DNA of 63,726 bases, the filler included, from Octopus bimaculoides (lineage: Eukaryota), in assembly GCF_001194135.2 (NCBI RefSeq). It is 5 parts of 5 records of this genome, joined end to end, with 100 filler letters (N's around TTAATTAATTAA, not from the genome) between each part and the next. Parts side by side here need not be neighbours in the genome. Positions count along the whole stretch, not along the records: positions 40,062 to 60,773 come from NC_068989.1; positions 60,874 to 63,726 come from NC_068984.1; 3 more parts are not named here. One strand, 5' to 3'. Position 1 is the stretch's first letter. Each line of letters begins with the position of its first letter. This document shows positions 52,822-63,726 of this stretch, piece by piece. The notes under the pieces were generated by a model. The model made no database searches, was not told the DNA's origin, and worked only from the letters and a program-made list of their open reading frames with translations. Made by a program: the position numbers and the translations under genes.

Positions 52822-53261
52822 GGTGGTTCCAGGATGGCAATTACAATTGTGTGGCATGCTGACCAAAGGAGTCTGCCTCCTCCAAGACAACACTCCAGTT
52901 CACAATGCACATGTTGCCCAGATGAAAGCACACTCCTGTGGCTATGAAATCTTTTCTCCTCTCCCTTACTCTCTCAACCTTGTACCATCTGATTTCCATC
53001 TTTTTCCAATTCATGAAGTCTTTTTTGAAGACGAAGCACTTTTCAGATGATAATGAACTTATTTCGAAGGTAAAGTCTTGGCACCAGATGCAACCTACCA
53101 ATTTCTACAGATGTGGTTTTCACAGCTGCATAAAGCGATGGGAGAAGTGTGTCACCATTGGTGGTGGCCATGTAGAGAAGGACTAATAATTATATCAAGT
53201 TTCGTTTGTCCCAGTCCTTGAGAAGTGGATCAGGGGAAATCTTTAATGAATACTCCTTGTA
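52822..53261 (+). mobile_element. Mariner transposase C-terminal fragment + terminus
   Basis: LLQDNTPVH...PYSLNLVPSDFHLFP/FMKSFL...F....ELISKVKSW...FYRCG...RWEKCV...G.HVEK. Confidence 0.9.
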
Positions 53262-54946
53262 GAAAAGAATCGAAAGTTTGCAGATTGAAAAATGAGTGAT
53301 GCTTTCTGTTAGACATCAATAGTAATTAAAAATAGTGGGTTGTATTTATGCATATAAAGAAATATAATCACTATTATATATTCAACATATAAGATACATA
53401 GATATGTATAATTTATACAGTTGTATTTACATTCACATACACACATATCCTAGGACAGTCCTGATTTAGTAGACCTATGACTATAGGAATTCCAACCAAT
53501 ACCATCCTATTGTCTGCTGGATATCTAGGACGACATTGTATATGTTACCAATGCCATTGCTGCCACCACCACCGCCACCACCNNNNNNNNNNNNNNNNNN
53601 NNNNNNNNNNNNNNNNNNNNNNNNNNNNNNNNNNNGCCGCCACCACCACCATGTACCTTGTATTCAAAGACTATGTTGCTTATTTAGATAAAGACACATA
53701 AGAAATGTAGTCCTACATAAACATTGTATGGTCATAGCTGGAATACATTTTATGAATAGACTTACCTGATCATAGCTGACCAGAGGCTAAATAACAACAA
53801 TTGTTATTTAATGCATGGCACATAAAAAACTTAACAAGAAATAAATAAGAGATGAGAAAAACAATAATACTAGTAAATGCATAATATTATTTTCAATTTG
53901 TGACAAGAAAATAGGTTAACTTCATATTCCAATCTTTCTCTAACCTCTTTAGCAAATTACAACTTTCACTGTGATAGTAGAAGTAATGAAAAACAACAAA
54001 AAAACAAAAAACAAAAGGAAAAACAACAACAAAAACAATCACTATATAATATACCACATTGCATATTCTTGAAAATAATCTGAGTAATTTCAGCTAAATA
54101 TTAGTTTTCTGTACTTGACAGACTTGCCATTGATATGAAAATAATTGATTAATATTGTTTTTTTTTTATAACCCCTCTCTATTATACTGCATTGCATAGC
54201 CTATTCTAAATTTTTTCTGGTTCAACTAAACCTCACAATAAGACTCCATCAACAGTTATAGCTAACAGCTGTTGAAAATTATGCAAGTGAAAGGTATTTT
54301 ATTTTGATCTTGTTTACAATGCTTACTCAAAGCCCCCAATGAGTCTAGTCTTTGATTATATTGTACACACCAAAGCCCTTACACACATATAAAACTGATT
54401 CTCTAAAAATAATTCCTGTTTGTTTTTGTCCATGTTTTGAATAATTTTCTTATTGTAGCAGAAACATTTCATAGTTGTGTACCTATACCTCTCTTAGGGA
54501 CAAGTAGCCAAACAAGAAGAGAAAGTTTTAACTATGTAACTAGGATGGGTTAGGATAAAAGAACAACATATCATAGTTATATCTCACTTGATTTTTAAAT
54601 TCTTTATCTCTCAGTTAACAGGTGAGCTGCATGATCTTAAATACTATACCAGTAGTTGATCTCAACACTATTTTCTTGCCACACCTCTAAATACAATTTG
54701 AATACTTTTCTGATAAGTGATTCTGTAAAAACCTATTTCATATCATGCACAACCACACCCAGAGAATAAAATTGATTTGCAACAAGCTGAGAAGAAGATT
54801 GTTTAGCAATTGACTTTGTAGTCTGTGTTTGTATGTATGGAAGTGGGGATGGACTGGAGACAATCACTTCTATGAATTTGTAGAAAAAAACATGTTTTAA
54901 ACATACTTAGATACTTTTCTAAAATTTCTAGAAATTTCTATTTATT

Positions 54947-55837
54947 TATAAGGTCTGATTAATAAGGATCAGGATTGTTGCCATAGTAATGACGCTAAAG
55001 CACACAGAGTGAAGCTGCTTGGCACAGATTGACCTTGAACTCTGTTAAGCATGCACACTAAGTTTTAATGTTCTAGCTCACTCCCGCTATTAACAGCAGT
55101 GCTTGGAAGGAAGGTGTGTAGCTTGTAATCATCATATTGACCATGACGGAGAAAGTTTTCATGGCAACAACTGCTCAGAGGCCTATACAAAAAGTGTATG
55201 GAGAGGAGTGTATGAGCCACACATGAGTGTATGAGTGGTTCAGACATTTCCAAAATGGCAGAAAAAATGTAGATATTGACGAATGTTCTGGGAGACCCAC
55301 AACCAGCAGAACTGAGAAAAATATCACAGATGTGTGTGCAGCTGTGAGGGGAAATCGTCAAATCACCATCCATGAGTTATCAGAGGAGATGCAGATTAGT
55401 TACGGTTCAGTTCAGTCCATTATCACTGAAGATTTGGGTATGAGACGCGTGTTTGCCAAGTTTGTGCCAAAACTGCTTTCAGCTAACCAAAAAGACGTTC
55501 AGGTTTCAGTTGCACAAGATCTCCTTGATTGTGTTGAGAACGATAAAAACTTTTTGAAAACTTTGTGTAGGCCTCTGAGTAGGTATCACCAAGCTTTTGG
55601 CAAAATTTGATGCAAATTGTCTGCTCAACCTTCTCTGTCATGGTCAATGTGATGATCACATGTTACACACCTTCCTTCCAAGCACTGCTGTAAATAACGG
55701 AAGTGAGCCAGAATGTTAAAACTTAGTACACATGCACATCAGAGTTCAAGGTCAATCTGTGCTAAGTAGTTTCATTCTCTGTACTTTAGCTTCGTTACTA
55801 TGGCAACAGTTTGAATACCTATTGATCAGACCATGTA
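54947..55837 (+). mobile_element. Internally deleted mariner element with long (~200 bp) inverted termini and N-terminal HTH transposase remnant
   Basis: ta-taaggtctgattaa... and ...ttgatcagaccatg-ta termini; ORF YEWFRHFQNGR...GRP...NRQITIHEL...SYGSVQSIITEDLGMRRVFAKFVPKLL. Confidence 0.92.
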
Positions 55838-56829
55838 TTATCAATTGTTATTATTGTTGAAGCTGTTGTTATTAATATTATATTAAGCACTCTTTAATAA
55901 TTGGGCAATATACTGTGCTTGAAAAGACCTGTTGAACTGAGTGAAATCATAGTTATGACTGATGCCAGTGCTGTCTGACTGGCACGTAAAAAGCACCATT
56001 CGAGCATTGGGCCTCATGGAGGCAGTGATGGGTAACCAAGACCCTTGACAATATACCGTGCTTGTGTTGACCTGTCAAATCGAGTGACAACATAGTCGTA
56101 GTCAATGTCAGTGTTAGGTCAATGGCACATGTGCCAGTGGTATGTAAAAAGCACCCACTAAACTCTCAGAGTGTTTGATGTTAGGAAGGGCATCCGGTCT
56201 TAAAAACCTTGCCAAATCAGATTGGAATTTGGTGCAGTCCCACCCCCGGTTTACTAGCTTTCAGTCAAACTATCCAGCCCAAGCCAGCAGCATAGAAAGC
56301 AGATATTAAATGATTATTATTATTGTTGTTGTTGTTGTTGTTGTTGTTCTCAAAGCAAAATAAGGTGGGGTGAGCTGGCAGAATTGATAGGACACAAGAC
56401 AAAGTATTTAGTGACATTTCTTCTGGCTTTTTATGTTCAAGTTCAAATCCTGCTGTGGTTGATTATACTTTTCATCATTTTGGGGGCAATAAAATAAATA
56501 CCAGCTGAACACTGGAGTCAATGTAATTGACTAGCCCCTTACCTTAAAATGGTGGCTTTGTATCAAATTTTGAAACCCTTATTTGATAGTTTCAGGCAAA
56601 TTTCTACTGCTACACCTTCATGTTGCTAAGCTGTGTGCAGGGTTGTGTGTTCTTTTTTGTTGTTGGGTGAGTGCAAACTCTTCCCAGTATCGTAGTGGAA
56701 TTTTGTTGTATTGGTTTGTGTGTTGTGTTCTTTTGTTGAGTATCTGACATGGAGAGTACATGTTGTGGGCTTTGTTTATTTTATTGGATATTTACTGTAT
56801 AGAGTGTGTTTCATACCTGTGAATTGTTT

Positions 56830-57110
56830 TATTTGGCATGTACTATTGAAGCAATAGCGTCTTGTGGACAATGTGGGTTGTCCCTAGCAGGGCTATTTTT
56901 TTGGATAGTGTGTTGTGTTGAGGGTCAGGTATAACTTCCACGTTTTTGTTCATACATTTTTTTTTTATTATACCCAATTCATCAATTACTACTGCTATTG
57001 TTTTCACCTTCATGCCCCACATCTGAAATACTTCAATTTCAAGGTTTTTGTATTTTGACAATTTCTCCACTTCTTTTTGGGCAATATTTTGGCCAGAAAG
57101 GACTGCAATG
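56830..57110 (-). mobile_element. R4/Dong-like RLE fragment
   Basis: EKLSKYKNLEIEVFQMWGMKVKTIAVVI.ELGII...KIALLGTTHIVHK. Confidence 0.75.
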
Positions 57111-57184
57111 TATCAGTAAGCAGGTGGTTTTTTTTTTTTTCAATCCTTCATTACTATGTCTGGGTGATTGTTATTATTATTATT

Positions 57185-57632
57185 GTTCAGTAGTTTTATT
57201 TTTATAACGTGCTTTCACTTCACTACCGAGTGCAGCTCTGTGCACTTTGGGTATGTACTGTGGTTTGCTGTGATGCTCTTATGGTTACTGTATTGAAAGT
57301 ATTTTGCATAGGATGTGTGCAGTGCCCAGTAGTGCAATTTTCTGTATGTTATATATATTTGTAAGTCCCGATGTTTTTGTAATGTATTTGTCTGAATATT
57401 TTTTTATTATACCTAAGGCATATATATGATAGGAATTGTTTCTGTTTTTAGATTCCACATTCGAGTTACCTCTATTTCCAGGTCTTTGAATTTTGAAAGT
57501 TTTTCCATTTCTTTTAGGGAAACGTTGTCATCTACTGGTATTGATACATCAATTAGAAAGCATTTTTTTTCTTCATGATCTTTGACAACTATATCTGGTC
57601 TATTTGCCTTAATTTCTCTATCTGAGAAATTA
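57185..57632 (-). mobile_element. R4/Dong-like RLE 3' fragment flanked by (TAA)n
   Basis: DREIKANRPDIVVKDHEEKKCFLIDVSIPVDDNVSLKEMEKLSKFKDLEIEVTRMWNLKTETIPII; TTA repeats on both sides. Confidence 0.88.
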
Positions 57633-57638
57633 TTATTA

Positions 57639-57712
<74 letters not shown>

Positions 57713-58429
57713 CTGTCCAGAGCTCTTGGTTTTTCTTGCTCTTGTTGACTCAGTGAGAGTGGACAGGAACCTGTTGTCAGAGATCTCACAGGGTCTCTTT
57801 CTGTAAATTATAAGCTTTGGTACTTGTATGTTAATTTGTCATAGAAGACACTCAACACCCAAGCATCAATCTCAAAATCCTAGCTGTCTCCAATAAAGCA
57901 GTTTTCTGGGCCTGCCTGCCTGCCTTCCTGCCAATTCCAATTTCTCTAACATATTTCTTGAACCTGGTGGTTAGTGCTCTGAGTTCCCCTACAACTACTG
58001 AGATAACAGGCGCAGGAGTGACTGTGTGGTAAGTAGCTTGCTTACCAACCACATAGTTCTGGGATCAGTCTCACTGTATGGCACCTTGGGCAAGTGTCTT
58101 CTACTANNNNNNNNNNCACTGTATGGCACCTTGGGCAAGTGTCTTCTACTATAGCCTCGGGCTGACCAAAGCCTTGTGAGTGAATTTGGTAGACGGAAAC
58201 TGAAAGAAGCCTATTGTATATATGTATGTGTGTATATATTTGTATGTCTGTGTTTGTCCCCCCAACTTCACTTGACAACCGATGCTGGTGTGTTTACGTC
58301 CCCATAACTTAATGGTTTGGCAAAGAGACCAATAGAATAAGTACTAGGCTTACAAAGAATAAGTCCTGGGGTTGGTTTGCTTGACTAAAGGCGGTGCTCC
58401 AGTATGGCCGCAGTCAAATGATTGAAAAG

Positions 58430-58975
58430 CAATGGGTCGATAATTGCCAACCTCATTGCCCTTTGACCGATCTTTCATTAACAATGTTAATTTTCCGTCT
58501 ACCATCCACTCTGGAACTGCACCACTCCATAGGCAATTGTCTAATTGCAATGCACTTCTCTTGTGTGTTGACCCAAACCACATGAGCCGGTAGCCTTGAA
58601 TTCCATCTCGTCCTGCTGCTTTCCAGTTTGGCAGTTTTTATATCAGTGCAATGACATCTTCCATTGTTATGTGGAGATGGTCTTGTCATGGAACCTCTGG
58701 GTGATGGAGTTCTGATCTCACAGAATCTACTCAGCACCATAGTTGTCGGAGACTTCTTTCCCCCAGATGTTATTCCAAAATTGGCAGCTTTCTTCTGCTT
58801 CGGGAGGTGTATTATTTTGTGTATTTCCTCCTAAGCCCTTAAAAAACTGTCTCTGGTTATTTGAGAATATGTGATCAGTGTAGTGCTGCACCTTTAATGT
58901 TTTTACCCCTTTCTTTTCTATTTAGTACTTCGTGTCAAGATATGCCCTTGCACTGGTTAATTGCTGTTGTAATTC
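58430..58975 (-). mobile_element. R4/Dong-like LINE fragment, region preceding the RT core
   Basis: QLDNCLWSGAVPEWMVDGKLTLLMKDRSKGNEVGNYRPI. Confidence 0.75.
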
Positions 58976-59200
58976 AATGTGTGTGATTTTTTTCTTGTGG
59001 GATATGTAAAAGATTACGTTTATATTCCACCGCTACCCACTAACCTCAATGACCTTAAACATCGAATAAAAACAGCGATCAACTCAGTGGATCATGATAT
59101 ACAGATACGCATCTGGGAGGAATTCTCTTATAGCATTGGTGTTGCTCGTGCTGCAGGTGGTGATCACATTGAACACTTGTAAGACAGGAAATAAAAGTTG
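58976..59200 (+). mobile_element. Tc1/mariner-superfamily transposase C-terminal fragment
   Basis: CDFFL.GYVKDYVY..PLPTNLNDLKHRIKTAINSV...RIWEEF..........GGDHIEHL*. Confidence 0.85.
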
Positions 59201-59300
59201 ATTGTGAGTAAATACTTGTGACTTAGCTGGAGTTTTCTATTGCTTTTCTTTATGGATATATATATATCATCATGATCATCATCATTTAACGACTGTTGAT

Positions 59301-59332
<32 letters not shown>

Positions 59333-59476
59333 TATGTATGTATATATATATATATATAGATATATATTTACACTCAACTACACCTTTATATAAATGTGCA
59401 CAGACTTGAACAGAATACAAAAATCAAAAATACATAGAGGTATTCTAACATTCATACCAACTGCACACAGACAAAA

Positions 59477-59510
<34 letters not shown>

Positions 59511-60365
59511 CACCACACCACACCACACCACACCACACCACACCACACCACACAATCATTATACTTGTGCTCAATTCCAATATTTTAGTTCAGTTACCTC
59601 CATGAGATTCTTGTGAATGTAAATTTCTGGTTTGAATTCATTTTACACCCACTCAATCATTGAATTGTTCAGTTGATTTTAGGACAAATAAATTGTTGTA
59701 GGGTTGAATGGTAAAGGTGTGACAAACTGATAAACAAATATAAATCTTCCTCTTTGACACAATTATTTCTCACCTTTAAAAGTATTTCTGCATGGAAAAG
59801 AACAAAATAGCTTCCTGGTTAGTCACAATGTTTATATATTATCAAGCTGTTAGATCAGGNNNNNNNNNNTACCGTGTATACTTTATTTTTTTTTTTTTTT
59901 TCACTTGTTTCACTCATTGAACTGTGGCCACGTTGGGGCGCCACCTTGAAGGGTTTAGTAGAACAAATAAACTCCACTACTTATTTTTTAAGCCTGCTAC
60001 TCATGATAGTGGTCTCTTTAGCCGATCAGCTAAGATATAAAGTTATGGGAATATAAACAAACTAACAGCAGTTGTTAGACAGTGGTGGGGGACAAATACA
60101 ATACAAACACAGCGACACACACAGAATTAGATAAACACACACACATACAGGACAAACTTCTGTCAGTTTCTGTCTAACAAATCCATTCACAAGGCTTTTT
60201 GTTGGCCCAGGGCTATAGCAGAAGAAACTTGCCAAAGTTCCACCTAAAGGAACTGAACTCAAGGACACATGGTTAGAAAGCAAGCTTCTTACCTGCATAA
60301 CCATGCTTTCACCTCTCTCTCTCTCTCTCTCTCTCTACATATATATATACATATATACACACATC

Positions 60366-60773
60366 GAGAACTTCCCTTACCACACCATGCATAAACAGAG
60401 AGTAAACTCAAACTTTAACACTACACAATGGAAGGAACTAATAGAACTCCAAAATGATGAAGATATTACAATTAAGGAAGCAAATAAAGGAAGTGTAGTA
60501 GTAATAATGGACACATTATACTATAAAAACCTAATAATCTCCATGCTGGATGACAACCAACACTATGAAAAAGTCACAAACTACACCCCACAAAAAATAA
60601 TGAAAACCCTGTCCTCACTAATTAAAACACATGGAAATGAACTGACAACCAAGGAGATTAATTTTCTAACAAACTTCAAATGCAAGCCCAGCCTTTTCTA
60701 TGGTCTGCCAAAAATACACAAAAGCCAGATCATAAATGAAACCATCAAAAAATCACCAAAGACATACATACAT
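60366..60773 (+). mobile_element. Penelope-like element reverse transcriptase N-terminal fragment (runs into a gap)
   Basis: DITIKEANKGSVVVIMDTLYY...L.D...YEKV...FYGLPKIHKS, typical of Penelope-like elements. Confidence 0.88.
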
Positions 60774-60873
60774 NNNNNNNNNNNNNNNNNNNNNNNNNNN
60801 NNNNNNNNNNNNNNNNNTTAATTAATTAANNNNNNNNNNNNNNNNNNNNNNNNNNNNNNNNNNNNNNNNNNNN

Positions 60874-60921
<48 letters not shown>

Positions 60922-60922
60922 G

Positions 60923-60953
<31 letters not shown>

Positions 60954-61090
60954 TAGATGTGTAGATATAAATAGATAGATAGATAGGTAGATAAATAGAT
61001 AGATACATACATACATATATACATAAGTAGATAAATAGATATAGGTACTTGTATGAATATGTATGTATGTATGTATGTATAGATATATTT

Positions 61091-61139
<49 letters not shown>

Positions 61140-61455
61140 CATGCATGTATGCATGTATATATGTGTGTGTACATGTATATTCATACGCATACACATACAT
61201 ACACATATGCAGATGTATATATGTGTGTGTACATGTATATTCATGCGCATGCACATGCATACACATATGCACATGTATATTCTTTATGTTGTACGCTCGA
61301 GCTTCTCCAATTTTCGCTCCACTTTTCGTATAGATTTTGTCATCGCTGTAACTAATTCAATTTATTTGATTTCTTGAGAACTTTTGTGATAATGCGTGGT
61401 TTTGAGGATGAGTTAACATGTGCCATGTGATCCGTCTATCTATCTATCTATCTAC

Positions 61456-61517
<62 letters not shown>

Positions 61518-61575
61518 CTGTGTATGTGCACATCTATCTCCTGTCTGTATGTGTATGTGTGTATGTGCGTGCGTG

Positions 61576-61636
<61 letters not shown>

Positions 61637-62204
61637 CCACCTCAGATAAGTTCTTCATTTGCCTCTAAAGTACTCGATGCTAGAAACTGCAGAGTGAAGT
61701 ACCATTATTAACGCTTACAGCCATTAGTAGATAATTCGTAACTTAATACAATGTGTGTATGTATACGTGTGTGTGCCCCTGTGTGTGTCCCTGTGTATGT
61801 ATGTGTGTGTGTGTGTATGTGTGTTATGATAGAAAGAATTTCATGATCGAGGAGAAAAGAGTGTTCAATACATGATGTAGTGTTTAATCCTAATTATTGT
61901 GAGCTGAAAATTTCAGTAACGGTTAGTTATTGAAAGTTTTCAACTTTCGGGATATGGTATATAAATACATGACGCGTTCATGTATATATATCCAGCCATA
62001 CATGCATACATATATGCATACATACATACATACATACATACATACATACATACATACATACATACATACAGATACATGTATGCTTACATGTATGCGTGTG
62101 TATCTGTTTATATGTATGTATATATATATAGGTATATATATATATATATAGGTATATATATATATATATATACTTGTATATTAGTGTGATTGCTTGTAAG
62201 TATA

Positions 62205-62276
<72 letters not shown>

Positions 62277-62900
62277 CTCTGTGTGTGCATACTGTTAAAA
62301 TCGCTTTTTAAAATTGTTTCGAAATGCCAGTAGGATGTAAGTTGGGTATAACTGTCGAAACTGAAGTAAGGAAGACAATAACATTTGTTTTCTTTATCTT
62401 ATATTTCAATGTTTCTGCGCTAAAAACGCTGTAAACTGTTACCCTAACCTTAAAAATCTATTGTAAATCTAAACCAAACCCCAACCTTAACAATAACTAT
62501 AACCCTATCATAAACCCACGTTTTAAACCTTTAGCGTTAAACATAGTCGAAAGTAACTCCCATCCTAAACATACCCTTCATATTAACACTAAAATTAAAA
62601 GTGAAATCCCACATCTAACTCTAACACTAAAGATTAGCCTCAACTGTAATTCTTTGGCATTAACACTCACCCTATCCTTTCCCTAATTCTAATTAATCTT
62701 TATTATAGAAACTTAAACATTTCATTTATTGCATTCCCTGTTTCAATAATATCAAGTTAGGTAGTGATATCTTTATCCTTCATTACTAAGTCATGGTTAC
62801 TTCTAAAAGAGAGAAACCGGTTGGATGCATGATCATTCTTTTTCTATTATTTAGTCTTATGCTCAAGATTTCAGTGTATTATTTTTCCATATGTCTAATA

Positions 62901-63582
62901 TACTGGGTCATCCTATAAATAATGCGATGCGATTCTTTTTATACTTCTTTAATTTTTAAAAATTAAGATAAAGAAAGTTCTTTCTTAATCTAAAATATAC
63001 TCTCCCTCATTTTCTACAATGCTCTTACATCTATCTGGTAGACTTGCAAGGCCCCTCTTTCAAAATTCACTTGTCCTTGACGAAAAATGCTCCTTCAGCA
63101 CTGTTCTGACCTCGTCTACAGAATTCATAGTTCTTCCGTTCAAATAATTTTGAACACTGCGGAATAAATGATAATCAGATGGGGCAATGTCCGGCGAATA
63201 TGGTGGGTGGGGCATCGTTACCCATTCATACTGCACCAGCCTTTAGAATGTCATCCTCGCTGTATGTGGCTGAAAATTATTCTGATGGAAGAACACCTTT
63301 CGTCTTGAAACCATAGATGGTCGTTTTTCTTCTAGTGCTGAATTAAGCCACTCCAGCTGCTCGTAGTAGATCTCCTTTGGTATCGACCCAATGTGCTGGC
63401 TTTTCCGATAGCACACAGGTGTCGATAAATGGTTGAATATCCAAATCCAAGCTTCTCTGTTAGTTCCTCAACAGTTACTATGGGATTTTGTTCTAGCATG
63501 GTTTGCAGGACGTCCTCGTCGAGCTCTACAGATCTTCCAGGACGAGGCTCATCTTCTCGGCTGTAGTTTCCGGCTCGGAAAC
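62901..63582 (-). mobile_element. Internally deleted mariner element (HTH fused to DDD C-terminus)
   Basis: FRAGNYSREDEPRPGR...VTVEELTEKLG..YSTIYRHL / KEIYYEQL...EKRP...FHQ.N..PH / PHPPYSPDIAPSDYHLFRSVQNYL; terminus tactgggtcatcc at 62901. Confidence 0.92.
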
Positions 63583-63697
63583 TTAGTGCCCATGCATAGC
63601 AGAGTTCAAGGTTAATTTGCGTCCAGCGGCTTTAGCCTGCGTGCTTTAGCTTCGTTACTATGGTAACAGTCCGGATACTTATTGATTATAACATATA
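63579..63697. mobile_element. Terminal fragment of the 54947-55837 mariner family
   Basis: aaacttagtgcccatgc..agagttcaagg..gctttagcttcgttactatggtaacagt matches about 55718-55837. Confidence 0.85.
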
Positions 63698-63726
63698 TAT
63701 ATGTATATATATATATATATATATAT

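Noticed and set aside
58072-58151. 35-bp direct repeat around a 10-N gap (similar case at about 4660-4720)
   Set aside because: Assembly overlap artefact.
62420-62700. Degenerate TAACCC-like tract
   Set aside because: Too degenerate to call an interstitial telomere.

Overview
Eukaryotic, very repeat-rich scaffold with many N gaps. The SINE, microsatellite and LINE content looks like an Octopus (cephalopod) genome; this is recognition, not a database result. The only confidently identified gene is a WDR49/CFAP337 (WDY-like EF-hand + WD40 ciliary protein) orthologue on the + strand, with two exons at 5671-5766 and 11779-11933. Its next exon is not visible, so the remainder may be one very large intron or the exon may lie in a gap. 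The rest holds tRNA-derived SINEs, RTE tails, R4/Dong-type and Penelope-like retroelement fragments (some with minimal hammerhead-like motifs), mariner/Tc1 remnants, a hAT MITE, a long-TIR foldback MITE and simple repeats. The most unusual structures are: (1) a CpG-retaining segment at about 21.5-45 kb with a GC-rich antisense Cys-rich ORF, a strand-asymmetric pri-miRNA-like hairpin and three overlapping small ORFs that share a repeated peptide; (2) a roughly 5 kb CpG-dense composite satellite (AACG/TACG microsatellite, then a 20-bp minisatellite with orientation flips and a triplicated spacer carrying splice-donor and TATA motifs); (3) mariner termini carrying RFX X-box-like motifs near a ciliary gene. 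All functional interpretations are untested inferences.
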